DNA of 62,928 nucleotides, from positions 1 to 62,928 of the IMG/VR virus record IMGVR_UViG_3300048004_000231; one strand, 5' to 3'. Each line of letters opens with the position of its first letter. Position 1 is the stretch's first letter. This DNA is from an uncultured virus (IMG/VR IMGVR_UViG_3300048004_000231). Its lineage: Duplodnaviria > Heunggongvirae > Uroviricota > Caudoviricetes > Crassvirales. Below, one piece after another: positions 1-9,492 of the stretch. The notes under the pieces are model-generated. The model ran no database searches. It saw only the letters and a program-made list of their open reading frames with translations, and was not told the origin of the DNA. A program made the translations under genes and the position numbers.

Positions 1-127
1 CGCCATATGCACTATCGATACAATGCTCAATGTTGACACCAGCCAAAGTGGAAAGATTGGTAAGTACCACAACGGCATCACCAATAGCGTCAATAATGTC
101 CTCTTTATTGTTTTTGAGTATGGCGTC
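1..127. repeat. Terminal direct repeat (127 bp), copy 1; circular-assembly overlap
   Basis: 1-127 identical to 62802-62928; the MazG-like ORF reads through the junction in frame. Confidence 0.95.
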
Positions 128-703
128 TGCAAGCTCACCAACCTCTTCAAGTAACTTAATATATTGTGTTTTAACATCTCCATTTTGTGTTATGCCACGA
201 ACATCTGCCCATGAGCGAATTAAATCAAATGTATTATTACCAAGTGCCGGCTCCGCTATAAACGCTTCATGATAAGCTTTATTATATATGTAGCATCGAC
301 CATCGTTATACATAGAAGGCTTTGCATTAGCTACTATCCAGGGTATTGTTTCACTTGATATTTTAAATTTACCAAGCCAGGTGTCCCATTCGGTACCTTG
401 GTTATCCATTAGTGCACCTTTTAGTTTATTAACAGGTACTGGGAATGTTGTTGTTTGGTCTGTCGGGTTTATTTTCATTTTATTTAATTTATTAAAGTAT
501 AAATTTTTATACTTTTTGTTATCTACTCTATAGCCATAAGACTTTTGAAGTTCTATTTCGCGGTCTGATATATAATCTATATCGTCTGACTGCTCAAGAA
601 CTTCATATTCGTTAGGCTTATAGCCCTGCTGTTTAGTAACGCGAATAAAAAGATTACGTGTAACACCTATCTTCTTACCTGGTATGTGATATAAATAATA
701 CAT
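1..703 (-). CDS. mazG: MazG-like NTP pyrophosphohydrolase with N-terminal GIY-YIG-like extension (5' part; continues across the origin to 62743)
   Basis: Manual translation from ATG 703: MYYLYHIPGKKIGVTRNL...FDLIRSWADVRGI...KLLEEVGELADAILK...DAIGDAVVVL (EExxE...D pattern); missed by the ORF track because it spans the origin. Confidence 0.8.
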   Translation of the reverse strand, partial: MYYLYHIPGKKIGVTRNLFIRVTKQQGYKPNEYEVLEQSDDIDYISDREIELQKSYGYRVDNKKYKNLYFNKLNKMKINPTDQTTTFPVPVNKLKGALMDNQGTEWDTWLGKFKISSETIPWIVANAKPSMYNDGRCYIYNKAYHEAFIAEPALGNNTFDLIRSWADVRGITQNGDVKTQYIKLLEEVGELADAILKNNKEDIIDAIGDAVVVLTNLSTLAGVNIEHCIDSAYG

Positions 704-706
704 AAT

Positions 707-1486
707 TTATATTGCTACAGGTGCTGGTATATGGGGACCGTGTTGATAATCAACTAGTCGCACACCTTTGTTAGTACAAAATCTATATGCTGGTAAATTA
801 TGCATTGGTTGCTCTAAATATTTCTTTACTGCTTCAATTTGGTTTAAATATACATGAGCATCAATAATATTTACTGCAAGTTTACCTATTTGATAGCCTG
901 TTTTATGTGCTACATAATTTATAATTAAAGTAAATAATGCAACATCATAAGGCACTCCTAAATACATATCTCCAGATCTTTGTACTACAAACATATTAAT
1001 TTTTCCGTTCTCAACAAAGAATTGAAAGTATAAATAACAAGGAGGTAATGCCATCTTTTCTTGCTCAGCTGGATTCCACAGCGATATAACATGGCGACGG
1101 CTATCTGGTTCGTGGCACAGGCTCCATATAACGTCCTTCATCTGATCAAAACCTTGACTATTAAAGTTTCTAAGCTGATGGCCATAAACAGGCCCTAAAT
1201 CGCCGTTTTCATCTGCCCAAGCATCCCATATTTTAACACCTGCTTTTTTAAATCTTTCAATGTTTGTTTCACCATTTAAAAACCATTTCATTTCAGTATT
1301 AAAAACTTTAGGAAACATCTTACGCCCAGTTAATATAGGAAAGCGATTGCTAACATCAAACTCCATACTTTGATTAAATATAGAGTAGCACCCAACACGC
1401 GTTCGGTCTTCTCTATAAACGGAATTATCACTTAAGCATCGCCGGAGTATATCCCTATATTGTAATTCATAATCCGTACTTTTCAT
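707..1486 (-). CDS. thyA: Thymidylate synthase
   Basis: EDRT, WDAWADENGDLGPVYGHQLR, MALPPC, QRSGDMYLGVPYD, DAHVY motifs; likely start MKSTDY at 1486. Confidence 0.95.
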   Translation of the reverse strand: MKSTDYELQYRDILRRCLSDNSVYREDRTRVGCYSIFNQSMEFDVSNRFPILTGRKMFPKVFNTEMKWFLNGETNIERFKKAGVKIWDAWADENGDLGPVYGHQLRNFNSQGFDQMKDVIWSLCHEPDSRRHVISLWNPAEQEKMALPPCYLYFQFFVENGKINMFVVQRSGDMYLGVPYDVALFTLIINYVAHKTGYQIGKLAVNIIDAHVYLNQIEAVKKYLEQPMHNLPAYRFCTNKGVRLVDYQHGPHIPAPVAI

Positions 1487-1742
1487 AATAGAATACATAT
1501 AATTCAAATATTTTAGGCCATATCTGATGCTCATCGTACTGATATGGACTACGTTTAACTTTATTTTTTGCTTTAACATCTACCCACCATTTACGAGGCT
1601 CGCTACCGGCTACCGCAAAGGGCGAAATTGCTATGTTGTTTCGTACACACCAAAGATAAGCATTATTTTCCAAATCGCTGCGGTTGTAAGGCAACATTGG
1701 TTTAAAAAATCCTTTCTTTTTTTTACTTAAACCGCTTCCCAT
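1467..1742 (-). CDS. Hypothetical protein
   Basis: 91-aa ORF tightly packed between primase-helicase and thyA. Confidence 0.7.
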   Translation of the reverse strand: MGSGLSKKKKGFFKPMLPYNRSDLENNAYLWCVRNNIAISPFAVAGSEPRKWWVDVKAKNKVKRSPYQYDEHQIWPKIFELYVFYYEKYGL

Positions 1743-3451
1743 GGTAGGGGATCATCATTAATAGTTATATCTTGATGAGGTATAAAGCAGCCTGACTTTG
1801 GTTCCCACTTGAAATGAGCTTCAGCGCCGTTTTCACCGAGGTTTTGGAACTTAACTTTCAACACTTTAGCTTTAACAGTTTTAGCTTCATAGTTTCTGTG
1901 AACTAAAATACCATGATAACTTGCATCATACCATTCACCACCACCTTTAATGTTATACATAGTTGGTTCTTCTATTTGACCATCTGAACCTTTATACATT
2001 TTAGTTGGGTGTGCTACAATAAATACTAATACATCATACTTCTTAGCAAAGATTTCAATCTTAGTTAAGTATTCCATTGTGTAACGGTTAACGTCTTCTG
2101 TTTTACAATCAACGTCTCTAACTTTATTGAATGGATCAATAACAAGGCACTTAATACCTTTACGCTTAACTAGCTCAGCGCCTTTACGCAGCACTGACTC
2201 AAGCGTGTAACGCTCCATATCTATAAAGAAAAAGTTGTCGTTCACATGCTCAGCAACTTGATTCCATTTATCACCACCAATATCTGTTTTACGTGGCATA
2301 TCCTGCCACACTTTACGCATTAGTTTGTGTGCATGGAGATAAGTCGGAGCATTTTCAGGCGAAGCGAAAGCTGTTTTCCATCCATAGTTCGCATTATAGC
2401 CGACACACATTTGATCGACAAAATCTGATTTACCCGAACTAGGTATACCAGTGACTGTAATAAATTGACCAGTGTAAGTTGAAAATATGTCATCGAAATT
2501 TTGTAAACCAATTTGATACCCGGGTTTGAAACCATTCGTAACAAAGTCGGTAACTTCGCCTTCAATATCTTTGAACGTTGTGACGTTTTCAAGCGGTACA
2601 GGTCGTGCTTTGGTAATACGCTTTGCCAGTTCTTCTTTTCCATATTCTAATAAATATTCATTTGCATCTTTGCAACCATTAAAATCAGCGAGGTAACAAA
2701 CTTCAGCGCCTAGTCTTCTAACTAGTTCACGCTGCAACGCTTGGCCTGCTTCGTCTGCATCTACTGCAATAATTATTTTTTCTTTGTCTTCAAAATAGTC
2801 TATACAACTATCTAAGTAATCTAAGTTATTAGTATTAAGCGTAGCACCATTTGGTACGGACACTACATTTTCAATACCCGCTTCATATAACGAAAGGGCA
2901 TCCATCTCGCCTTCTACAATAATACAATATTCATATCCTACGATACTATTTATATTATAGAAAACCTTTTCGGCACCCTTATATAACTTAAAGTTTTTAC
3001 GACCATCTCTGTATTTAACATTTATAAGCTGGTCTCCCATATAGTAATTAAACTGTATGGTATTCTCGGTCTTACCGGTTTGTGGCATAAACTCAGAGCC
3101 CTCGGTTACTTTGAGAGCTTTGAGTGTCTGCTTTGATATACCGCGTGATTCAAACCACTTTTCAACGTTAGTACTAACTTCGTGTATAGCATCTGGCGTT
3201 TCAGGCCGGACATATACTTTTTCGCTAGCGCCTTTGCGCTGATAAGTATGCATTTGAAATGTGCGATCACAATTATGGCAAGTTCCGAGACCCCGTTCCC
3301 AATCATAAGAAGCACACTTTGCTTTCTTATTTTCAGGTTTCCTATCTTCAGAACACATAGGGCAAGTACCCTGTGACGCTCCTACTTTTAGGTCGTATTG
3401 ATTAAACTGGTCAATCAAATATCCATTGATCTCCGAATTGTTAACTTGCAT
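1727..3451 (-). CDS. DNA primase-helicase (T7 gp4/Twinkle-like)
   Basis: N-terminal Zn finger CPMC...CHNC, TOPRIM IVEGEMDALS/DADEAG, Walker A GIPSSGKS, VIDP, IVAHPTK. Confidence 0.93.
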   Translation of the reverse strand: MQVNNSEINGYLIDQFNQYDLKVGASQGTCPMCSEDRKPENKKAKCASYDWERGLGTCHNCDRTFQMHTYQRKGASEKVYVRPETPDAIHEVSTNVEKWFESRGISKQTLKALKVTEGSEFMPQTGKTENTIQFNYYMGDQLINVKYRDGRKNFKLYKGAEKVFYNINSIVGYEYCIIVEGEMDALSLYEAGIENVVSVPNGATLNTNNLDYLDSCIDYFEDKEKIIIAVDADEAGQALQRELVRRLGAEVCYLADFNGCKDANEYLLEYGKEELAKRITKARPVPLENVTTFKDIEGEVTDFVTNGFKPGYQIGLQNFDDIFSTYTGQFITVTGIPSSGKSDFVDQMCVGYNANYGWKTAFASPENAPTYLHAHKLMRKVWQDMPRKTDIGGDKWNQVAEHVNDNFFFIDMERYTLESVLRKGAELVKRKGIKCLVIDPFNKVRDVDCKTEDVNRYTMEYLTKIEIFAKKYDVLVFIVAHPTKMYKGSDGQIEEPTMYNIKGGGEWYDASYHGILVHRNYEAKTVKAKVLKVKFQNLGENGAEAHFKWEPKSGCFIPHQDITINDDPLPWEAV

Positions 3452-3466
3452 TTAATTTAATTTATT

Positions 3467-3562
3467 TTACCATTCTTCATTATCTCTACAATCAGGGCAT
3501 ATATCGCAAAAGTCATATTCCTCCTGCGATATTTCCTGATCACAAAATTCACACGTTGGCAT
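3467..3562 (-). CDS. 31-aa Cys-rich (zinc-finger) microprotein
   Basis: Manual translation MPTCEFCDQEISQEEYDFCDICPDCRDNEEW; ATG overlaps the SSB stop (TAATG). Confidence 0.65.
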   Translation of the reverse strand: MPTCEFCDQEISQEEYDFCDICPDCRDNEEW

Positions 3563-3870
3563 TAGAACGGCAAATCTTCTTCAACTGCAGCCGGTTTAGC
3601 AGGTGCACTTGGCGCACCGTCTCTTGGAGCAGCAGCTACATTATCACCATTAGTCCATACAACTTGTACATTCCCAAGGTAAACTTTATCCTCTTGCGCC
3701 TCACGCTCTTCTTTAGATTGCGAAATAATAACAGGACCTTGATTATTAAATTGATCAAGTTCGTCGTTTATAGTTATTGTGATAGGTAAATACTTACCTT
3801 TCTTGCCATCGATAATTTTAGTTTTATCGATCTTTGTCAAGTCTATACTTGTTTTAATTATTGAAGCCAT
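3562..3870 (-). CDS. Putative single-stranded DNA-binding protein
   Basis: Beta-rich 102-aa protein with flexible linker and acidic tail EEDLPF, in replication module. Confidence 0.7.
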   Translation of the reverse strand: MASIIKTSIDLTKIDKTKIIDGKKGKYLPITITINDELDQFNNQGPVIISQSKEEREAQEDKVYLGNVQVVWTNGDNVAAAPRDGAPSAPAKPAAVEEDLPF

Positions 3871-4033
3871 ACTCGTTCAAGTTGTTGAAGGTTCTACGTA
3901 AAGCATCTAGTGATACACCATTGTTGCGGCGTAAGTTGTCTACTGCTTTTACATGGTTTTGGTTATTATAAAAATTATTCTCACTGGTTTTAATTCCAGT
4001 TACATTACACACTTTCATTTTTCTTCGTGCCAT
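3854..4033 (-). CDS. Small hypothetical protein (59 aa)
   Basis: Manual translation MARRKMKVCNVTGIKT...; fills gap between exonuclease and SSB. Confidence 0.55.
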   Translation of the reverse strand: MARRKMKVCNVTGIKTSENNFYNNQNHVKAVDNLRRNNGVSLDALRRTFNNLNEYGFNN

Positions 4034-4044
4034 AATATTTGGTT

Positions 4045-4776
4045 TTAAAGGGTTTTATTAATAAAATAATTAGTAGGATCGAAATCCTCGTTGTTGTAAA
4101 ATAGATCGTATGCAGCACTTGCATCTTCTACTTTGCGTTTACCTGCTTCATAAAAATCAGGCGAACAGTCAAAGATACCAATAATATGCGAATTTTTGTC
4201 TATTGCAATGAATAAAAATTCATAACCAAATAGCTTACTATAAATATAAGCCTGGCTATCGTAGTTCCACTTGCGTGCACTTGAACGAAAACCATTTACG
4301 TTACTTGTTGTTTTCAAATCAATAATAAGCTTCTCATCGTGATTAACAATATCAGCTTTACCTTTCCACATATTATTCTCCAGCTCAATTATGCCGGGTA
4401 CTTCATACTCTACATTATCACCTTGAATTAAACTCTTTGCAGTATCATTAGCTAAAAGTATTTCTCGCATCTTCTGTACATTATCAACTTCTTGTTGAAG
4501 CATACACATCTCTCCGCCAGATAACTCTTTATACTTTTTCGTATTCCTTGTACTTGCCTCAATAATTTTAAAGCGTTCTAATTTATCCGGTTCAAGTATA
4601 GCCGTGTGAAAGTAACTACCAATAATTAAATTGGGTGATGCTTTCGTCGGCTGCCCATACTGCAAAGGGTCATTCAGTAATGTTCCTATATCAGAATTGC
4701 TTAAATATTGTTTACCGAACGCACCGTAGTAATGTTCGTCATCTTTAAGCTTTTCTAAAATCTCAGGCTTGTTCAT
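4045..4776 (-). CDS. RecE/exonuclease VIII-like PD-(D/E)XK nuclease
   Basis: LSNSDI, GSYFHTAILEP, KGKADIV, IIDLKTT, YDSQAYIY motifs; adjacent to ERF. Confidence 0.85.
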   Translation of the reverse strand: MNKPEILEKLKDDEHYYGAFGKQYLSNSDIGTLLNDPLQYGQPTKASPNLIIGSYFHTAILEPDKLERFKIIEASTRNTKKYKELSGGEMCMLQQEVDNVQKMREILLANDTAKSLIQGDNVEYEVPGIIELENNMWKGKADIVNHDEKLIIDLKTTSNVNGFRSSARKWNYDSQAYIYSKLFGYEFLFIAIDKNSHIIGIFDCSPDFYEAGKRKVEDASAAYDLFYNNEDFDPTNYFINKTL

Positions 4777-5311
4777 ACTTTTTAAGTTCTGCTTTAGCAG
4801 CGGTGTCTACCTTATACTTTGCATTGATTGCAGGAATTGATCCGCCAGATTTAATATACTGAATTGCTTTATCAAACGCATCAGTGCCAGATTTTAATAC
4901 TGGCTTTTCTTTCTTTTGGTCACGGCCTCCAGTGTTAGTAGCATCAGCATCTGCGGTGTCATCAATAAGCAGTAGATTACCTAGCGCATATTTCTTACCA
5001 TAACTTGAGGCTGACCCAAACTGTTGAGGTACTTGCATACCTTTTTGGTTTAAATCTACACCTACAATGGCTTTAGCTGCTACTTCCATACCACCTTCTG
5101 CATCTACTGCAACGGCAACACTTTCAATAACACCTTCACCTAAATAGGTTTCGTCTACTTTAAAGTACACATTGTACTTTTCATTAAACGGTTTTAGCGC
5201 TTCAAGTATATCTTCAGCAGATCGGAAATTGTACTTTCCGAATGAATTAAAGCGACTCTTCTTTGCTTTAAATTCTTGTTGAATTTTACTTAATTTCTCG
5301 TGAATTGTCAT
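4763..5311 (-). CDS. erf: ERF-family ssDNA annealing protein
   Basis: FNSFGKYNFRSAEDILEALKP and QQFGSASSYGKKYAL...DDTADAD signature. Confidence 0.88.
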   Translation of the reverse strand: MTIHEKLSKIQQEFKAKKSRFNSFGKYNFRSAEDILEALKPFNEKYNVYFKVDETYLGEGVIESVAVAVDAEGGMEVAAKAIVGVDLNQKGMQVPQQFGSASSYGKKYALGNLLLIDDTADADATNTGGRDQKKEKPVLKSGTDAFDKAIQYIKSGGSIPAINAKYKVDTAAKAELKKYEQA

Positions 5312-5352
5312 ATATATATTATTACGTATTATACACTTTTGTTAGCCCTAAC

Positions 5353-6114
5353 TTACAGGTAATCAATTACTTGCTCGCTTGGAACGTTGTCTACTAGCTT
5401 ATCAATTGCTTCCTTTTTTATTTGCGAAACTCGCACATAACTTGCGATGCCATTAATTTCCAGTTTGTCTGCTATATCTTTAGCTGACATCTTATCACAG
5501 TCTAATCCATAACTTAATCGTATTACTTCATACTCTTTATCTGTTAGGTGTTCTTTCATTATACCTAATAGATACGCGTTAAGTAATGCAATATTGTACG
5601 GCTCAGAATTATCTGGTATTTGAAACATAGAATTTTCATCATCTACATTTGGATTGTTATCAATACTTAAAAATATCTGATTAAAGAACGTTTCAACTAT
5701 TAATCTATCCTTGCCAGAATTTTTTCTAATCTCATTTAATTTATGCTCTGGTATACGCATATCACCGCGATTAATATCTATTGATCTTCTCACAGCCCCT
5801 CGTATACGTTTGCCTAAAAACGATTTTAGTGTTAATTCTTGATCGTCACTTTGCGCAAGTGATTCCCAATCTATTCTATCAATAGCTGCAATTAAACCTA
5901 TGCTTCCTTCTTGTATTAAATCATTAATAGTAAGAACCCCTGACGCTTGCTGCGACGTGGCAAATCTTCTACTAATATTTTCTACAAGCGGTAAGAACAC
6001 AGTAATTAATTCCTGCCTACTATAGTCTTTAAAAGCTTTGTCTGGTATAACACTTAAACAAAAGTCTAAGTCCTCTTTATACCGAATGTAGTTTGTTACA
6101 TTATACTTTTTCAT
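5353..6114 (-). CDS. RNA polymerase sigma-70-family factor
   Basis: Region 2 LPLVENISRRF...DLIQEGSIGLIAAIDR; region 4 LTDKEYEVIRLSYGL...AKDIADKL...RVSQIKKEAIDKL. Confidence 0.9.
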   Translation of the reverse strand: MKKYNVTNYIRYKEDLDFCLSVIPDKAFKDYSRQELITVFLPLVENISRRFATSQQASGVLTINDLIQEGSIGLIAAIDRIDWESLAQSDDQELTLKSFLGKRIRGAVRRSIDINRGDMRIPEHKLNEIRKNSGKDRLIVETFFNQIFLSIDNNPNVDDENSMFQIPDNSEPYNIALLNAYLLGIMKEHLTDKEYEVIRLSYGLDCDKMSAKDIADKLEINGIASYVRVSQIKKEAIDKLVDNVPSEQVIDYL

Positions 6115-6715
6115 TTAAAAGCTCTTTCTCTTTGGTTAACTCATGCGTCATATTCCTGTACACCGTACGGGTTGAAACACTGAGAACTTTAGCTATTGCT
6201 GCAACGGTAATTTTTTTATCATCATCGTGCAGTAATAACATTGTTTCATATATATCCTCTGGAGTTGCCTTGCTCCCTCTTCCTATGAGCTTTCCTACTA
6301 TAGATAATTTTTCACTTTTTGTCAACCCTGTATTATCTTTAAAAATAACTTTTCTTAGTTTATTTTTAGGCGGTTGATCTAAATCCATCATACTGATTTC
6401 ATAAATCATTGTCTTGAGTAGTAGCTCAGGCATGGTAAAGGTAGCAAATCCATTTGACTTTTCTGCAATAAACCATGCTAATTCTTCAAACTTATCTGGA
6501 TTTAGCTGAGGATTAAGGTACCAAAGAACAAGTAAATGCCACTTTAACGACTTATATGTTGTTATCTGCGCTTTACTTCTAAACAATGTATAGCATTCAT
6601 ACGTCCCGTGCTCATAGAAATAACCCCACTCATAAACTTCTGTGGGTTTATCACTGATCGGATCACGTCGATAGACTATATTATTATTATTTAAGTAAAA
6701 CATTTTGCGTGACAT
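6101..6715 (-). CDS. HTH DNA-binding protein (regulator or replication initiator-like)
   Basis: C-terminal HTH ITVAAIAKVLSVSTRTVYRNM. Confidence 0.7.
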   Translation of the reverse strand: MSRKMFYLNNNNIVYRRDPISDKPTEVYEWGYFYEHGTYECYTLFRSKAQITTYKSLKWHLLVLWYLNPQLNPDKFEELAWFIAEKSNGFATFTMPELLLKTMIYEISMMDLDQPPKNKLRKVIFKDNTGLTKSEKLSIVGKLIGRGSKATPEDIYETMLLLHDDDKKITVAAIAKVLSVSTRTVYRNMTHELTKEKELLNEKV

Positions 6716-6759
6716 TAGCCTGTTACTTTATATACTTAATTAGCTAGCGTCACACTTTT
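6707..6759. promoter_or_regulatory. Palindromic operator-like element, copy 1
   Basis: GCGTGAC-N35-GTCACAC with inner TAG/CTA symmetry; overlaps ATG of HTH gene; similar to 13096-13149 and 15158-15206. Confidence 0.65.
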
Positions 6760-6813
6760 GACGTACTAATTTTAATTTTCTGTTTATACCATTCATTATT
6801 TGCTATTGCAAAT

Positions 6814-7305
6814 TTATACTTTTTCTGCGAATGGTCGTACAATTTTCTGCTCATTTTTATTTGCTATCTTATATTTGTCTCCCTCGTAGTAATTCCAGTA
6901 AGCCGAAATACTATCACCTTCAACCTTATATTCATCTGGCATACACTGTGGTGGCTCGCACCAATCGTCGCCTTGTGTATATCTAGGATATTGAGAAAGA
7001 AAATCTCTACATTTGATTATAGTTAAATGTTCTTTATCATATCTTTTTGTATATTCTCTGCCCAATGCCATCATATATTCATACGCCCAAAAATATGTAG
7101 TGCGTGATTTCCTAACCCATATTGTGGAGGGGTGATTTAAATGTGCTTGCTTATAAGGTATAAGATCTTTTAGTTCTTCATCGCCATAACAATGATGCGC
7201 TGTACAAAGCATTTGCGCAGCTTCTAAGACCATCTTAACCTTATGCTTATCATAATGATAGCTAGCGGCTGTTACAGGGTCTCTATCGAGATAAAATAAA
7301 TTCAT
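6814..7305 (-). CDS. Pyrimidine-dimer DNA glycosylase (DenV/Pyr_excise-like)
   Basis: MNLFYLD..P...A.YHYDKH.VKMVLEAAQML, HLNHPSTIW, EYTKRY, PPQCMPDEYK family pattern. Confidence 0.75.
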   Translation of the reverse strand: MNLFYLDRDPVTAASYHYDKHKVKMVLEAAQMLCTAHHCYGDEELKDLIPYKQAHLNHPSTIWVRKSRTTYFWAYEYMMALGREYTKRYDKEHLTIIKCRDFLSQYPRYTQGDDWCEPPQCMPDEYKVEGDSISAYWNYYEGDKYKIANKNEQKIVRPFAEKV

Positions 7306-7526
7306 TACAGTTCTTCGTATTTGAATACATCAAACACTTTATTGTGTAATGCTCTACCGGTTGAGTTTGCATTACGCACATCTTCAAATGTACCTTCGTC
7401 AACGTTTTTATATACGTACACTCTGCCGTTTTTAAAGTTAACAATAAGCTTTTTACTGTCATTGTAGTAGCTTGCTGTGTCTACCATTGATGAATCTACT
7501 AATATGTGTGTTACTTTTGTGCTCAT
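7305..7526 (-). CDS. KTSC-domain protein
   Basis: VDSSMV...YYNDSKKLIVNFKNGRVYVYKNV...ANSTGR pattern. Confidence 0.8.
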   Translation of the reverse strand: MSTKVTHILVDSSMVDTASYYNDSKKLIVNFKNGRVYVYKNVDEGTFEDVRNANSTGRALHNKVFDVFKYEEL

Positions 7527-7837
7527 AAATTTCTAATTTTAGTTTCTATTCTATCTATTTTATTCTTAATTATTGCCGCCTTCTCGTATTGCTCCTTATC
7601 TTCATAAGCTTGGAGCAGCGTCATTAACCGGGCTAGCTCAGCTAATAACACTTCTTCATCAGATGCATTACCTTGATTACCAAACACATCTTGTTGTAAG
7701 GTTATTTCAATGTCTTGCCCTGACGCTTTTACTTGTTCAATGAATTGTTGGTCAAGATCTGCCTGTCTATCCATTATTAGTTTAAATACTTTTTCTGCTA
7801 ACAAGTCTGAAAACTTGTCCATTTCTTCTTCAGTCAT
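7523..7837 (-). CDS. Hypothetical protein with C-terminal UVR-like motif
   Basis: EQYEKAAIIKNKI resembles the UvrB/C coiled-coil motif. Confidence 0.6.
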   Translation of the reverse strand: MTEEEMDKFSDLLAEKVFKLIMDRQADLDQQFIEQVKASGQDIEITLQQDVFGNQGNASDEEVLLAELARLMTLLQAYEDKEQYEKAAIIKNKIDRIETKIRNL

Positions 7838-8039
7838 ATAATTTAGTTAGTATGTAACGTGTAACTTCTACTCTTCGTTTTGCATATGCAATATTGTTTT
7901 GTTTAACTTCTTGCCAATCTTCAACGCCAGCCCAACCGCGGCCGTCCCAGCGCTCTGCATCTTTAAGTTCATTTGTTGCGGCACCGAGCTTAGCCATCAT
8001 ATAGTTTTCTGCTCGTTCGTGTATATCTAGTTTGCTCAT
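7830..8039 (-). CDS. Hypothetical protein
   Basis: ORF overlapping neighbours in operon-like packing. Confidence 0.65.
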   Translation of the reverse strand: MSKLDIHERAENYMMAKLGAATNELKDAERWDGRGWAGVEDWQEVKQNNIAYAKRRVEVTRYILTKLYD

Positions 8040-8248
8040 AATCCTGATTTTTGTAAGAAGTAATTATATACTTCTGGTATATGTTTTTTATAGTAAGGTT
8101 GTTCTGATGCAACCCATTTCTTTAAATTAGCTTTATTACCCCAATGCTTTTTACCATATTGCTTTAAAGTCCAATCAAAGATTTGTTCTATATCGTCAAT
8201 GAAGTCACCGACGGTCCAACCTTCCCATATGTGTTTATCTCTATTCAT
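8036..8248 (-). CDS. Hypothetical protein
   Basis: ORF with overlapping start/stop packing (HIWEGWTVGDFI). Confidence 0.7.
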   Translation of the reverse strand: MNRDKHIWEGWTVGDFIDDIEQIFDWTLKQYGKKHWGNKANLKKWVASEQPYYKKHIPEVYNYFLQKSGL

Positions 8249-8856
8249 TAGTGAAATATTAATCCTACTTTTTTGTTTTTACTAAACCATTTTGTTGCAA
8301 ATAAATCTACTTTGCTTGCATTTACAAACCCAGCGCGGTCTAGCTCTTGCTCTGATTTGAATATTTTAGTAAATCTATCCTGCTCATAATCAATCATATG
8401 CACTTGTTTACCTGCATTACTGAATATAATATCGTAGTTGCTAGGCAGATCGGTTTTGTGTACTAGATCAACCATATTAGTGTACGAATAAAACTTGACG
8501 TCGGGGTTGTGTATAGCAACCGTTATCCACTTTTTTAGATATGCGCCGGAATAATAATCACCGCTATCATGGACACGTACGTAATCGGGTTTCTTACGTT
8601 TTATTTCAGCATTCATTGCATCTACAAATCTGTCTGTTTTGCTTAGCTCATAGCGCTTTTCAAAAGCAGGTTTCACATTGCTCCAGATATATGCGCCTTT
8701 CTTAGCATAACAAAACTTTACACAGTCTTTAGCCATTGGGCATGTAAGTTTACCGCTGGCTGATTTGTATGCAGGTATACCGAAATTGAATACCCGTACG
8801 CCAAGTTGTTTACTCGTATTTTTTAGTTTACTGTTTTGCGTTAATAAATTCATCAC
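8248..8856 (-). CDS. GP88-like protein (Cys-triad, radical-SAM-like fold)
   Basis: NSKL...TCPMAKDCVKFCYA, RVHDSGDYY, FYSYT motifs. Confidence 0.7.
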   Translation of the reverse strand: MMNLLTQNSKLKNTSKQLGVRVFNFGIPAYKSASGKLTCPMAKDCVKFCYAKKGAYIWSNVKPAFEKRYELSKTDRFVDAMNAEIKRKKPDYVRVHDSGDYYSGAYLKKWITVAIHNPDVKFYSYTNMVDLVHKTDLPSNYDIIFSNAGKQVHMIDYEQDRFTKIFKSEQELDRAGFVNASKVDLFATKWFSKNKKVGLIFH

Positions 8857-9223
8857 TTAGTAATTGTTTTTTAAGTGCGTATAACTTATGTATTTCAGTG
8901 TGCATAAACTTTATTTGTTCGTCCACTGCTACAACGTCATTGCATCGCGTTTCTTTCATACATATTATCGTAAGCTGGTCGTATTTAGCTTGTAAATCTT
9001 TATCCCAAGCGCATTCATTTTCAAACTGTTTTAGTCCGTAAATTACTGTTGCATGGTTACGACCAACTATTTCACCGATCAGTCTCAGTGAATATTGGGT
9101 GTGTTCTTTAGCAAGTTTGTAATATAACCACCGGTTAATTACTATCTCGTGGTCACGGGACGAGGATAATATATTTACCCCCGTACCCATAACTATATCT
9201 TTAATGGTATGCAGATCTTTCAT
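8828..9223 (-). CDS. DnaA C-terminal (domain IV)-like HTH protein
   Basis: SLRLIGEIVGRNHATVIYGLK matches the SLxxIGxxFGxDHxTVxxA pattern. Confidence 0.7.
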   Translation of the reverse strand: MKDLHTIKDIVMGTGVNILSSSRDHEIVINRWLYYKLAKEHTQYSLRLIGEIVGRNHATVIYGLKQFENECAWDKDLQAKYDQLTIICMKETRCNDVVAVDEQIKFMHTEIHKLYALKKQLLSDEFINAKQ

Positions 9224-9492
9224 CAGTCTAGTAATACCATATAAGCTTCAGGGTTAGCACGGCGGAACCAATCTAAACCCCTACGCATTTGACTTATTAG
9301 TTTAGTGTTAGCACTAAAGCCACTCATAACAAACTCAGCTCCTTTAATAAAGTCATACATACTTAGTTCTTCCGCTGTTAACTTCATTGATTGATCAGTA
9401 TAGGGATTAGTTACTTCGCCTCCCTCATTATATATTTGTCCATCAAACCACTTAGGCAGTGGCTTCTGTGATAGTGTCGGTTTCGCGTTCAT
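9223..9492 (-). CDS. Hypothetical protein
   Basis: 89-aa ORF in packed early operon. Confidence 0.7.
   Translation of the reverse strand: MNAKPTLSQKPLPKWFDGQIYNEGGEVTNPYTDQSMKLTAEELSMYDFIKGAEFVMSGFSANTKLISQMRRGLDWFRRANPEAYMVLLD

Noticed and set aside
1-127. Biological direct terminal repeat
   Set aside because: The 127-bp length equals a common assembler k-mer and the repeat cuts through a gene; it indicates circularity only.
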